64,000 bases of DNA, taken from contig JAUWGE010000001.1 of the NCBI GenBank assembly GCA_030606565.1, positions 4,478 to 68,477 on the forward strand. The letters are read 5' to 3'. The position numbers were made by a program, and so were the translations under genes. Source of the stretch: Candidatus Bipolaricaulota bacterium (GTDB lineage: Bacteria; Bipolaricaulota; Bipolaricaulia; UBA7950; UBA9294). The notes beneath the pieces were generated by a model, which was not told the DNA's origin, ran no database searches, and was given only the letters and a program-made list of their open reading frames with translations. Positions 53,116 through 62,909 of this stretch are shown one piece after another (within the stretch, counting starts at the first letter, position 1; each line of letters starts with the position of its first letter).

Positions 53116-53844
53116 ATGGGCAAAGTGCTAATTTGGAATCTATTGCTGGTGATGGTTTTGACTCTTGCAGCCATGGCGGACGAGACCCCAGCGCCCTCGT
53201 CTCAAGTGTATTACGGAGATATCTCCGAAACGGCAATTCTCTGGTTTGCTGGAACGAGTGTCACAACAGAGATCCACGGCGATTTCGCTCTCTCAGGGAG
53301 CCTGACGATCAAGGATGAGGCAATTCCTTTCACCACATGTGGGGAGATGAGCGGATTCGGAGAGGGAGATACCGCGACCCTCACCGGTGTGATGTGGACG
53401 ATCTTTACTACAGCGGGCACGTTGGGCAATGGAGAAGAAGTTGAAATCCGAGGGGGCCTTACTGTCGATAGCGGGGATTATCTCCTGGCCACCGAAGCTA
53501 CAGGAGAGGGTACAGGAACCTTCTACATGATGATCCTCTTGACAGACGCAAGGATTGAAGTTGGAGGCACTGTGTACGGATCAGCAAGTGGTAGTTTCGT
53601 ACCGCCGGATGACCCGTACACGATGCAACTCGACGTATCAGGAACCATGCGCTTTGAAGTCACCTCTACAATCCAGTCCTTAAGGAATACACCAATCGAT
53701 CTGGGGACCCTGCAGGAAAGGCTGCCATGGGACCTAGGCATGTGGCCGGAGGATCTGTTTTCCCAACTTCTCTTGCTGCTAGGCGAGTCCCCTACGGAGA
53801 AGGGAACAGTTTCGCAGAGTGGGTGTAATGCCCAGGGTTCCTAG
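53116..53844 (+). CDS. Secreted hypothetical protein
   Basis: The start follows AAGGAGG. The signal peptide is MGKVLIWNLLLVMVLTLAAMA. The mature part is G/T/E-rich. Confidence 0.4.
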   Translation: MGKVLIWNLLLVMVLTLAAMADETPAPSSQVYYGDISETAILWFAGTSVTTEIHGDFALSGSLTIKDEAIPFTTCGEMSGFGEGDTATLTGVMWTIFTTAGTLGNGEEVEIRGGLTVDSGDYLLATEATGEGTGTFYMMILLTDARIEVGGTVYGSASGSFVPPDDPYTMQLDVSGTMRFEVTSTIQSLRNTPIDLGTLQERLPWDLGMWPEDLFSQLLLLLGESPTEKGTVSQSGCNAQGS

Positions 53845-54105
53845 CCTGGGCGGAACTCTTGTTGAGCTCCTGATGGCACTAAGGAGAGGCACAGTTACTT
53901 CTCGCAGCAAATGGTCGCGGTTGTTGCAAGGCCTAGGAGGGCAAGGCTTAGGCAGCAGGGATTCCCAGCCTATAGGCTGTCAACCTCTGAATTGGTCGAC
54001 GTGGCTGCTTCTCCTACTAAGACATAACCAGGCTCTTGACAGCAAGAGACCCACGAGGAGTATAATGGAAGGTAGGAATCCGTTTAAGACGGGAGGTTTG
54101 ACAGA

Positions 54106-55128
54106 ATGAAGAAGCTTTCGATTGTGCTAGGAGTTATAATAATCCTACTCGCGGGCGGGACGGCCCCTGTATTGGGCACCCTTCAAGTCCCACCCCTAGT
54201 CCAGCCTCAGCTACAACCGCTCCTGAAGTATCTCCTTCGTCCGGACCTGGAAGTTGAAGAAATCTGGTGTACAACTCCCGGAGGTACGTTGGCCTTCAGC
54301 GTGATAAATAGCGGATTTAGTCCTCTCCCCGATGGATGGGAGTCATACACCCACCTCACAGCCCGCGTTTCCCATATTTCTGGAGGCATAGAGGTACCTC
54401 TCGGTGAATTCAATCTCTGCCTTCCCTCTAGCACTGAGAATGGCGGAATTGGGATACCTGATGGGATTTCCAACTATGTGACAAACATCATCTTAGAAGG
54501 TGAGGCAATCGTCAAGGTCGAAGTCGACTATCACGATCGAATCCAGGAACTAAACGAGGTGAACAACTTCGAACTGACGATTTACACCCCATGTGGAAGG
54601 GGAACAATGCCCGATCTCGAAGCTTCCTTTGTTGAGTTGCCAGTAGACATCTTGCGTCCAGGAACCGACTTGAATAACTACATCGGGATCTTGATCACGA
54701 ATCTCGGAAGAGGTCTAGCAAAAGGAACTGGGAACTGGCCCACCGAAGGCTATATCATCGATGTTGTTCTCTCGTCTGATATGGTTGTTCCTCCAGGCGC
54801 TACTATGGTTGTCACCCTAGCTGGGCAAGTGTTTCCAGTACCCGTTCCCTCCACCTATCGCGTCTATCGAGAAGACATGCTCATCGGAAGAATATGGACC
54901 ACAGAGGACATCCCGAGAGAGGAAGAGGTTATTTACGGCTTGCATAGGGAGCCTGGATGCGAAGTGATTGGTCTTCCAATGGAATACCCATCTGTAGTTT
55001 GGCCTAGTTCGGGAGGATATAGAGCCTTCTATATCGTTGTCCTTGTTGACCCTCTAAACAACATATCTGAAGCTAGAGAAGACAACAACAAGTACTTCTT
55101 CCGCTTGATGATCGAAGAGCCGCTGTAA
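54106..55128 (+). CDS. Secreted protein with two CARDB-like domains
   Basis: The signal peptide is MKKLSIVLGVIIILLAGGTAPVLG. The motifs PDLEVEEIWCT...ELNEVNNFEL and ...EAREDNNKYF match the CARDB pattern E.NE.NN. Confidence 0.6.
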   Translation: MKKLSIVLGVIIILLAGGTAPVLGTLQVPPLVQPQLQPLLKYLLRPDLEVEEIWCTTPGGTLAFSVINSGFSPLPDGWESYTHLTARVSHISGGIEVPLGEFNLCLPSSTENGGIGIPDGISNYVTNIILEGEAIVKVEVDYHDRIQELNEVNNFELTIYTPCGRGTMPDLEASFVELPVDILRPGTDLNNYIGILITNLGRGLAKGTGNWPTEGYIIDVVLSSDMVVPPGATMVVTLAGQVFPVPVPSTYRVYREDMLIGRIWTTEDIPREEEVIYGLHREPGCEVIGLPMEYPSVVWPSSGGYRAFYIVVLVDPLNNISEAREDNNKYFFRLMIEEPL

Positions 55129-55985
55129 TCCCTGTCGCTCAGATAATCGAGCCTGAATTGACGACAGCAAGACCGTTGGTGTCGAGAAACCCACTGCGGC
55201 AACATACGGTTCCTCTTGTTGCCAAGCCTGTCCTGGCAGAAAGCCATCCCGCTTGCATAGCCCAAAGAACCTTTCGCACTACTGCAGGTTGATCCATTCT
55301 CGCCCTTTCAGCATGCCACCAGTTGACTGGCGACCCTCCTGCCAAAACCCCACTCAGTATCACAAGGTTGTTTCGCTGCCGGTGAGCCGGTAGAACCGAA
55401 GACACGCGTCACCACTTGGTGTAGTCAAAAACCCCAAAGCAAGTTGGGGCATTAAAAGCAAAAACCCAAAGGTACGATGCTACAAAAACGAATGTAGCGT
55501 CGGAACCTGCCTGCCCGTCACATCCACCTGTCTGCGTGCGAACCTGCCTACCGCCCCAGCGGGGCAGGCAGGCACGCACAGGCAGGCACGGCAGACAGGT
55601 CTCCGACGTTGAGGGGTTTATTCCCGTGGGAACTCATGTAGCAAGCAAAAACAACAGGCTGATTCGCCGAAGGCTAATCTCCTCTTTTCTCCCTCCAGCA
55701 AGCTTTAAAAGTATCAAGCGGAGGCTTTTCATGAACATCACTCTATCTCTGCGTACGGATGCCCGCGAAGAATATGACCTAAATCACCCCTCTCCGTTGA
55801 ACCACTGTTCTTGGCCAGTGTGATCAATATCACAAAGATCTTTCACCTCGGTCCTCATTAACATCACCCCGGAGCGTTACCATAAGCCTGCTATCACATC
55901 GATCAACGCGTGGTTAAAAGCGAGCCTCATCGCCAGGTAAGCGATGGCCATCAAGTTATTAGGGAGAAAAAGGAAGGGTGATATC

Positions 55986-57569
55986 ATGAAAGGTCGGATG
56001 ATAGTCGGGCGCTTCCCCGGCAGGCGTGCCTTGGGATCAATTGTGCTGCCCCTACTCCTGATCTTGCCCGTTGTGATAACTTGTGCTGAGGAATGTCCAC
56101 CTGCTGTCCGGGCTTACGATCAGGCAGTCGTCCCGGAGGAGGTCGTTCAGGGCGAGATCATCACCGTGACCGCTTGGGTACAGAATACAAGCTGCGACAC
56201 GCTTGGGGCGTTTGAGGTCGCAGCTTACTACGATGTGGTGGATGAAAACGACCCTGATGCTCACTTGATCAGTACGCAGACCGTTCCTGGCTTAGACCCG
56301 TGCGAGGAAAAGCAACTGACCTTCTATTGGGACACTACAGACATCCCACCGGGGACCTATCCGATTCAGGTTTGGGCCGACTCCTCGAAAAAGTTCAACC
56401 AGGAGCCTGAAGGCGACAACATCTGTAAAGCAAGGGTCATAACGAGAATCAATCCCGTTCCGCCCCTTATTCGAGCGAGCAAGACATTCGTGGACATTGA
56501 CGGTGGTTTACCAGAGTCAGGGGACACCGTTGAGTATGAGATCATCATCGGTAACTATGGCCTCGGCGACCAAAGTGATAACTTAGGGCCCGAATTTGTC
56601 GATGAAATTCCCGCTTTTATGGCCTATATAGATGGGGCGGCTAGCGCCACGTCAGGGACGATCAGCTTCGATGCCTCAGGTAATAGCATTGTCTGGAATG
56701 GCTCCATCCCCGCTTTAGGGTCTGTGACCATCAACTTTCAGGTGAATATAGATGAGGCAGCGCCCGGTGGATCACTGATCTGCAATCAGGGCGTTGTAAC
56801 TTGGGATATAGACGGTGATGGTACAAACGACTCCCAAACGCCCACCGATGATCCAAGCACGTCGGCGCCCGAGGACCCCACGTGTCTCGTCATTAATTTC
56901 CCGCCACAGGCCCATATCGATGTGAGTAAGACGGTGACCGACTTAAACGGCGATTCCCCTGAACCTGGAGACATCGTTGAATACGAGATCATCATCGGCA
57001 ATGCAGGCAACGGCGACCAACAGGACAATCCCGGTGACGAATTTGTAGATTATATCCCGCCCTGGATGAGTTACGTTAAGAGATCGGCGCAAGCCACGTC
57101 AGGAAAGGTGAGGTTTCACCGAGTTAGCTGGCTTCGTCGAATCCTGATGCACGATGAAGATAGAGGGAATTGGGTTACCTGGAACGGAAGTATCCCCGCT
57201 GGGGGATCGGTGATCATCACGTTTAAGACAAAGATCGATAAGGACGCGCCTGCTGAGTTGATCGTCTGCAACCAAGGGACGGTAAACTGGGACACTGACG
57301 GAGACGGCACAAACGACACCGCGGAGCCAACTGATGACCCAGATACGGTGAAGCAGGATGATCCTACCTGTCTTCTTCCGATTGCCTCTCCACCCGATGT
57401 TTCTCCCCCACCGGGGCAAGTCGATCCTGCTCTCCCGGCTGATCCTCCCGCCGGTTGCGCGGCCCCCACCTTGTCTGAATGGGGGCAGATCGCGTTGATC
57501 GGCCTCCTAGCGCTTGCATTCACTGGGGCGCTGTGGCGGAGAAATCGGCTTTTACCCCGGCGAAGGTAG
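55986..57569 (+). CDS. Secreted CARDB + 2x DUF11-repeat protein with IPTL-CTERM-like C-terminal sorting signal
   Basis: A CARDB-like N-domain ends ...EPEGDNICKA. Two repeats of ...GD.VEYEIIIGN.G.GDQ.DN.G.EFVD.IP..M.Y......ATSG......W.G.IPA.GSV.I.F....D match DUF11. The C-terminus is APTLSEWGQIALIGLLALAFTGALWRRNRLLPRRR, a PTLSEWG motif followed by TM and Arg-rich segments. Confidence 0.65.
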   Translation: MKGRMIVGRFPGRRALGSIVLPLLLILPVVITCAEECPPAVRAYDQAVVPEEVVQGEIITVTAWVQNTSCDTLGAFEVAAYYDVVDENDPDAHLISTQTVPGLDPCEEKQLTFYWDTTDIPPGTYPIQVWADSSKKFNQEPEGDNICKARVITRINPVPPLIRASKTFVDIDGGLPESGDTVEYEIIIGNYGLGDQSDNLGPEFVDEIPAFMAYIDGAASATSGTISFDASGNSIVWNGSIPALGSVTINFQVNIDEAAPGGSLICNQGVVTWDIDGDGTNDSQTPTDDPSTSAPEDPTCLVINFPPQAHIDVSKTVTDLNGDSPEPGDIVEYEIIIGNAGNGDQQDNPGDEFVDYIPPWMSYVKRSAQATSGKVRFHRVSWLRRILMHDEDRGNWVTWNGSIPAGGSVIITFKTKIDKDAPAELIVCNQGTVNWDTDGDGTNDTAEPTDDPDTVKQDDPTCLLPIASPPDVSPPPGQVDPALPADPPAGCAAPTLSEWGQIALIGLLALAFTGALWRRNRLLPRRR

Positions 57570-57603
57570 AGGGAAACCGCTTTGTGAAGAAAACCGTGAG
57601 AAG

Positions 57604-58125
57604 ATGAAGAAACCGACAAGCCAAAACATGCGGAAGCGGAGGATAATCCGCCCTTATCTGATCTTCGTGGTCTGCCTTGCCGGAGCTTCGGCGTTGCTTG
57701 CGTGGGTCACAAGGAACGAGTGCGCGGTGAGTTTCGTTCAGACAGGCGTGGCGCGCTGTACCAGCTTCGTCCTCAACTTCCTCAACATGCAGACTGTGGT
57801 GGTAGGGCATACCATCGAGTCTAGCCGATTTCACATCGAGGTTATCACGGCTTGTACAGGGCTTTATGTCGCCAGCGTATTCCTGCCGGCGGTGATCGCC
57901 TATCCTTCCCGATTGATCGCCAAGCTGATCGGAGCCACCTGTGGAATCGCGGCGATCTTCGCGCTTAACATCATCCGCTTGGTGAGCCTTTTCTATATCG
58001 GAATCTACTTGCCCAGTTTCCTAGAGAAGGCCCACCTTCTCGTGTGGCAATCCCTGTTCATCATCTTTGCCCTGTTCCTGTGGTTATTCTGGGCCGAAAA
58101 GGTGGCTCATGCCTCTTGCAAGTAA
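57604..58125 (+). CDS. Small exosortase/archaeosortase-like polytopic membrane protein (candidate sorting enzyme)
   Basis: About 170 aa with 5-6 TM segments. ...FHIEVITACTGLYVASVFL... is a CxG motif resembling exosortase CSG. ...IAAIFALNIIRLVSLFY... is an N-x-x-R motif. It lies 35 nt after the IPTL-CTERM protein. Confidence 0.5.
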   Translation: MKKPTSQNMRKRRIIRPYLIFVVCLAGASALLAWVTRNECAVSFVQTGVARCTSFVLNFLNMQTVVVGHTIESSRFHIEVITACTGLYVASVFLPAVIAYPSRLIAKLIGATCGIAAIFALNIIRLVSLFYIGIYLPSFLEKAHLLVWQSLFIIFALFLWLFWAEKVAHASCK

Positions 58126-58711
58126 GGACACTCCTCGGTCAACAACTCACCTCCTGCGTTTCGCCGCTACATTCCTTGTGTGTTTCGTGCTCGTTTCTTT
58201 TCTCTGGCTCTTTGTCTCCCCTATTTACAATCGAGTGATCGTCGGGGTCACCAACGCGGTGCTTCCGTTGGTCGAACACCCGTCAATGACCAGGGTGGGG
58301 GCGGAAGGGGAAAGCGTTTTGGTCTATCGCGATGAGCCAGGAGCCCAAGGAGGGCGTCTTTTTTTGAAATTCGCCACCCGTTACGTATATCTCGCATTCG
58401 TACCGCTTTTGGCTCTCTTTCTGGCTACTCCCAGACTGCGAGTGGTGCGGCGAATTAAGCTCGCTCTTATAGGATTGATTATTCTAGCTAGCTTTCATAT
58501 CACTTATCTAATTACAGCTGTACGGCTGGGGTATATCTTTGTTGGCCTGAGTAAAGTGGGCAGGGCGGAGTACTGCTTTTGCGACTGGATGCAGGTCCTT
58601 CTGCGAATACTGTGGGAAGTGGCTGCCGTTCTCATTTGGTGGGCTTTGACCTTCAGATATTGGTGGAAGCGCCCTCTTGTCCAGAGCAAAGGCTCTTTCG
58701 CCAAATCATGA
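58109..58711 (+). CDS. Polytopic membrane protein co-transcribed with the sortase-like gene
   Basis: MPLASKDTPRSTTHLLRFAATFLVCFVLVSFLWLFVSP... with 4 TM segments. It overlaps the upstream gene by 17 nt. Confidence 0.4.
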   Translation: MPLASKDTPRSTTHLLRFAATFLVCFVLVSFLWLFVSPIYNRVIVGVTNAVLPLVEHPSMTRVGAEGESVLVYRDEPGAQGGRLFLKFATRYVYLAFVPLLALFLATPRLRVVRRIKLALIGLIILASFHITYLITAVRLGYIFVGLSKVGRAEYCFCDWMQVLLRILWEVAAVLIWWALTFRYWWKRPLVQSKGSFAKS

Positions 58712-58819
58712 TGCTACCATATGTTCCGACCTTAAACGGACTAATTCAGCACTGCAACAGGGCCTTTCACATTTTTAGGGACTTCACCCTTGTGCTATGG
58801 TGGAGTAGGCGGAGGAGGT

Positions 58820-60106
58820 ATGCACAAACCGAGTTTGTTTGAGTTTTGCTCTTGGGTGTGGATGGGAAAAGCGTTAGGTGCGATCATCTTCTTATCATCC
58901 GCCCTCTTCCTTTTGGTAGGATGCGGAAACAGCGTGCCCATTGCCGTATTCACTGCGTCACTCTCCACGGGAGTTGCTCCCCTTACGGTGGAGTTCGATG
59001 CCTCTGTATCGTTAGATCCTGATGGGACTATCATAAGCTACCAATGGGACTTTTGTGACGGGAACCTGGGTTCTGGTCCACAAACGGTGCACACTTTTCA
59101 GAACGCTGGCACCTACAAGGTCAAACTCATAGTCATCGACAATAAAGGAGCGAGCGATTCGGCCACCCTGTCGATTCAAGTAACCCCTCCTGCCAACGTC
59201 ATTCCCGTAGCGAGTTTCACTGCTATGCCCACCTCTGGAATAAGGCCACTTGCCGTAAGCTTTGATGCCTCTGCCTCCGTGGATAGCGATGGGGTCATTA
59301 TCACATACACCTGGGACTTCGGCGATGGAGTAAGTGGGTTTGGGATGATGGTCTCTCACACCTACACAAGCTCGGGGACTTATACCGTCACCCTCACAGT
59401 TACCGATAACGAGGGCGCGGCCGATGATAAGACCACGCTTATCACGGTCTCGGAACCGCCAAGACCGGTCGCTCGCTTTACCGCCACCCCTACCGCCGGG
59501 CCGGTCCCCCTCACGGTGGAATTCGATGCCGGTGCATCCTACCACGAGGACGCGGAGAAAAACATCGCCTCTTACCGGTGGAGCTTCGGCGATGGTGGGA
59601 GCGAAGCCGCAGAGACGGTCATCCACGTATACGAGAGCGCAAGGACTTACACGGCGACACTCACAGTTGCAGACGAGGACGGGGTCGAAGATGTAGCGAC
59701 CCAGACCATCCAAGTGTCAGGGCCCGAGTTCCTCGAGCTAGGTGATAGCGTGTGCAACGGTGAAATCAGGCTAACGCTCCGCGCTGTACGGTCTGCTAGC
59801 GCGATAGGAGTATGGGAACCCGATCCGGAACATATCTATGTTATCGTCGATTTGAGAGCGGATGGGATCAAGGATGGCCAACTGATATGGATCGATGACT
59901 TTAAGATCGTTTGTGGTGACAGTGAGGTTCGAGTCACCAAGGACATAGCCACATTCTCACTGGATCATTATTTCAAAGGCGGAAACCTGGATGCGGGCCA
60001 GTTTGTGGATGGGGAGCTCGCATTCGAAGTGCGTACCGCCGATTTTTACATCCTCGAATACACCCAGTGGGGCGAGGAACCCCTCAAGTTCCGCTTGCGC
60101 CCGTAG
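58820..60106 (+). CDS. Lipoprotein with three PKD domains and a C-terminal domain; stop codon lies inside a duplicated tRNA-Arg sequence
   Basis: The start follows GGAGGAGGT. The lipobox is LLVGCG. Signatures WDFCDG, WDFGDG and WSFGDG are present. The last codons ...FRLRP* are encoded by the tRNA copy at 60097. Confidence 0.7.
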   Translation: MHKPSLFEFCSWVWMGKALGAIIFLSSALFLLVGCGNSVPIAVFTASLSTGVAPLTVEFDASVSLDPDGTIISYQWDFCDGNLGSGPQTVHTFQNAGTYKVKLIVIDNKGASDSATLSIQVTPPANVIPVASFTAMPTSGIRPLAVSFDASASVDSDGVIITYTWDFGDGVSGFGMMVSHTYTSSGTYTVTLTVTDNEGAADDKTTLITVSEPPRPVARFTATPTAGPVPLTVEFDAGASYHEDAEKNIASYRWSFGDGGSEAAETVIHVYESARTYTATLTVADEDGVEDVATQTIQVSGPEFLELGDSVCNGEIRLTLRAVRSASAIGVWEPDPEHIYVIVDLRADGIKDGQLIWIDDFKIVCGDSEVRVTKDIATFSLDHYFKGGNLDAGQFVDGELAFEVRTADFYILEYTQWGEEPLKFRLRP

Positions 60107-60169
60107 ATCAGAGGACAGAGCGTCGCACTGCGGCTGCGAAGGTCGGAGGTTCGAGTCCTCCCGGGCATA
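60097..60169 (+). pseudogene. Degenerate second copy of tRNA-Arg (GCG) (72/74 nt identical to 51502..51574)
   Basis: GCGCCCGTAGATCAGAGG...CCTCCCGGGCATA. The C-to-A change in the D-stem and the CGGGCAT acceptor strand create D-stem and C2:A71 mismatches. Confidence 0.5.
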
Positions 60170-60259
60170 AAGGCCTTTTCCCGATACGCCCTCAGTATCA
60201 CAGGCGATCACTATATCGGAGGTGGTTCAACCCTCCTGTTAAAAGGTTCGCTCGCCGGT

Positions 60260-61117
60260 CTAAGGGCTCTCTGGGATAGTCTCCTCTACTATCCCACCCT
60301 GCAGTTTCTCCCTTTGCTCCTTTGTGACATCGATGATGGCTGTCCCTTCCGGGACATCGAACTTGAACTCCTCATCAGGAATCTCGATGTTGACCGTAAC
60401 ATCCTTTAGCCTTTGCTGGTAGATCAGTTCACCATCCGGGGAATACGCCTCTATCCTCCTCTGTAAACCATCCACCCCTGAAACCCATGCCTTGACTCGT
60501 GCAACTTCTGCGTCTTCTTCCTGGGTCACATCGCCTTGAAAGACATAAACTTCCTCACCATCCAGATCCTCAATGCCGAGGTACTCAATACTGCCTTTGT
60601 CGATCTTGCCCAGCACGCCCTCAATGTCCGCCTGCCCCTCGACCAATTCTTTGATGGTCTCTGGAAACTCCTCCCTCAATGCGGCCAGATCGACCTTGGA
60701 AGCCATCTTAAAAAACGGCAGATATTGCCAGAGTGTGAGTCCATCAGAATACAGGTATTGCTTGGCCCTTTCGTCTTTTCCCATGCACATCTCCATCCTC
60801 AATCGGTCCGGTCTGACGAATGCGATTGTGCCATATGTAGTCTCACCCTCTGTAAAGACTATCTCGAATGTCGCGCGATAGGAGCTCAAACTTCGAATCT
60901 TGCTCTGAAGATCGCTTAATAATGCTTCTGCATCTGCCTTAGGTTCGGTTATCTGCGGAACCTCGCCGGGTGGGCTTTGAACCGTTAACTCCCTGGGGGC
61001 GGCTACATCAGGGGAGGGAGGCCCTTTCCCCTTATCACCACAGCCTGTAAGACCAAGCAAAGCGATCAGCAGAGCAATCCCCCAGATGTAGCGGGGTCTT
61101 TTCCTCTTTGCCACCAT
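60260..61117 (-). CDS. LolA-like / DUF4292-type lipoprotein
   Basis: MVAKRKRPRYIWGIALLIALLGLTGCG is a lipobox. The mature domain has LolA-fold-like composition. The assignment is tentative. Confidence 0.4.
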   Translation of the reverse strand: MVAKRKRPRYIWGIALLIALLGLTGCGDKGKGPPSPDVAAPRELTVQSPPGEVPQITEPKADAEALLSDLQSKIRSLSSYRATFEIVFTEGETTYGTIAFVRPDRLRMEMCMGKDERAKQYLYSDGLTLWQYLPFFKMASKVDLAALREEFPETIKELVEGQADIEGVLGKIDKGSIEYLGIEDLDGEEVYVFQGDVTQEEDAEVARVKAWVSGVDGLQRRIEAYSPDGELIYQQRLKDVTVNIEIPDEEFKFDVPEGTAIIDVTKEQREKLQGGIVEETIPESP

Positions 61118-61497
61118 TGGATCCCTCCATTCGATAAATCCCAACCATTCACCTACAGGATAGCCGAGCAATTTTCAAATTCTGACGGAGTTGGGTTCGG
61201 CCTGGATCGGTGTTATCAGCGTCGCGGTGGATTTTAGACATAACACCACAAGTAGTTGCGCATCTCCTTGTCGCATAATGTTCTCTGGAACAACGTCCTT
61301 CGGGCCTATGCGCGCTTATTCAAGGCGTTGTGTATAGACGGATAAGCATCTTACCAGGCTATGTGGGAAAGTTTGTCACACCTCTGGGGCCAGATTAAAA
61401 TACTCAAAGTAACATGGCGAGCAAAAGACGTTTTTTTATTCTTACTCTGCTGACCTTAGTTGTGGTGTCACTCACAGGGTGTTTCTCGTTTCGCGGA

Positions 61498-61549
61498 AAT
61501 CAAGAACCCTGCGCTTTCGGCGCAGGGTTCTTGATTTTACGATTTTTTG
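61498..61549 (+). terminator. Strong intrinsic terminator-like hairpin (17-bp perfect stem) with U-rich tail upstream of tkt
   Basis: AATCAAGAACCCTGCGC-TTTCG-GCGCAGGGTTCTTGATT then TTACGATTTTTTG. Confidence 0.5.
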
Positions 61550-61635
61550 CAACACCCTCCCCTGAGACTACCATCCCCCCTATAAACTTCGTATTATTTT
61601 ACAAGTGCAAACGGCAAAAAATAAAGAGGAAGCGA

Positions 61636-62460
61636 ATGGAGATTGAGGCCCTGAAAAGGAAGGCAAACAAACTGCGAGGGGATGTGCTTCGCATGGTGAC
61701 GAAGGCCAACTCCGGCCACCCCGGCGGTGCGCTGGGAATGGCCGATCTCCTCACTGTGCTTTACTACCAATACCTCAAGCACGACCCGAAGCGGCCCGAC
61801 TGGCCGGATCGCGACCGTTTCCTCCTGTCTAACGGCCATACCTGCCCGATCCTCTACGCCATCCTCGCCGATCGTGGCTACTTCCCGCGCGAGGAGCTGT
61901 GGCACTTCCGCAAGCTCGGCGCCCTCTTGCAGGGACACCCCTCCACTGCCTGGAAGATCCCCGGGGTGGAGCTATCGAGTGGATCGCTCGGTAACGGGCT
62001 TTCAGTCTCACTAGGGATGGCTCTTGCTGCAAGGCTCGACAAGAAAGACTCCCGTATCTATTGCTTCATCTCCGATGCCGAGTGTCAGGAAGGTCAGCCG
62101 TGGGAGGCGGCGACCGCTGCAGTACATCACCGTGTCGATAACCTGTGCGCGATCCTTGACTGGAACGGCTGTCAGATCGATGGCTACACCGCGAACGTGA
62201 TGGACGTCGGTGACCTCGCGGGCAAGTTCCGATCCTTTGGCTTCACCGTACACGAGATCGATGGGCACAACTACGAGGAGATCATCACTGCGTTCGACGC
62301 CTTCCTTGCTGCCGCTGGAACGGCAAAGCCAACGTTGATCGCTGCCCACACCACACTCGGTAAAGGGGTCTCGTTCATGGAGAACGATCCCAAGTGGCAC
62401 CACGGTGCCCTTTCCGAGGAGCAACTGGCGCAGGCCCTTACTGAGCTTGGCCTGAATTAG
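61636..62460 (+). CDS. tkt: Transketolase, N-terminal (TPP-binding) subunit of a split transketolase
   Basis: ...MVTKANSGHPGGALGMADLLTVLYY...LSNGHTCPILYAILADRGY...GSLGNGLSVSLGMALA... An AAGAGGAAG RBS is present. The upstream in-frame extension 61414-61635 is probably not translated. Confidence 0.85.
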   Translation: MEIEALKRKANKLRGDVLRMVTKANSGHPGGALGMADLLTVLYYQYLKHDPKRPDWPDRDRFLLSNGHTCPILYAILADRGYFPREELWHFRKLGALLQGHPSTAWKIPGVELSSGSLGNGLSVSLGMALAARLDKKDSRIYCFISDAECQEGQPWEAATAAVHHRVDNLCAILDWNGCQIDGYTANVMDVGDLAGKFRSFGFTVHEIDGHNYEEIITAFDAFLAAAGTAKPTLIAAHTTLGKGVSFMENDPKWHHGALSEEQLAQALTELGLN

Positions 62461-62909
62461 CGCTCTCTTAATACCTGGGTTGAAGTTCGAATCCCCTAGG
62501 CTCCATACCCGGCCACCTCGCCGCGCAAGGATGAGCTTCTCAACGCCTTCGGGAAATGACCGGAGATATACATGCCTCGAATGGACAAGAGCAGGGAGAT
62601 CCAAAGTCGCTGATGGCTGTTCTTGGGGTCGCGAAGTTCACTTAATGTTCACACCCTGTTCATGATGTCTTGATAACCAGCAGATAAAATAAGGTTGTGT
62701 AAGAGCGCAAACGACACACCTTCTAACAGCGCATACTATGCTAACAGGGAGAGGCCCCAATAGGGGCTTCTTCCTTTTGTGGGGAAAAGGTGCCGAGGTG
62801 ATACCTTGCCTGATTGCACCCCCACATCCACCAGGCACCTTCACGGGAACCACTTGAGTTTTTGTAACTAATTCTGTCTCGGTGTGTATATCAAGCAAAA
62901 GGAGTAAAT

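Noticed and set aside
62461-62520. Possible tRNA 3' fragment (GGTTGAAGTTCGAATCCCC) after tkt as an att-site remnant
   Set aside because: I could not fold a convincing T-arm or acceptor stem around the TTCGAATCC match. It is too weak to call.
62011-62604. 197-aa minus-strand ORF antisense to the transketolase gene
   Set aside because: It overlaps the conserved tkt frame completely. No motifs or RBS were found.
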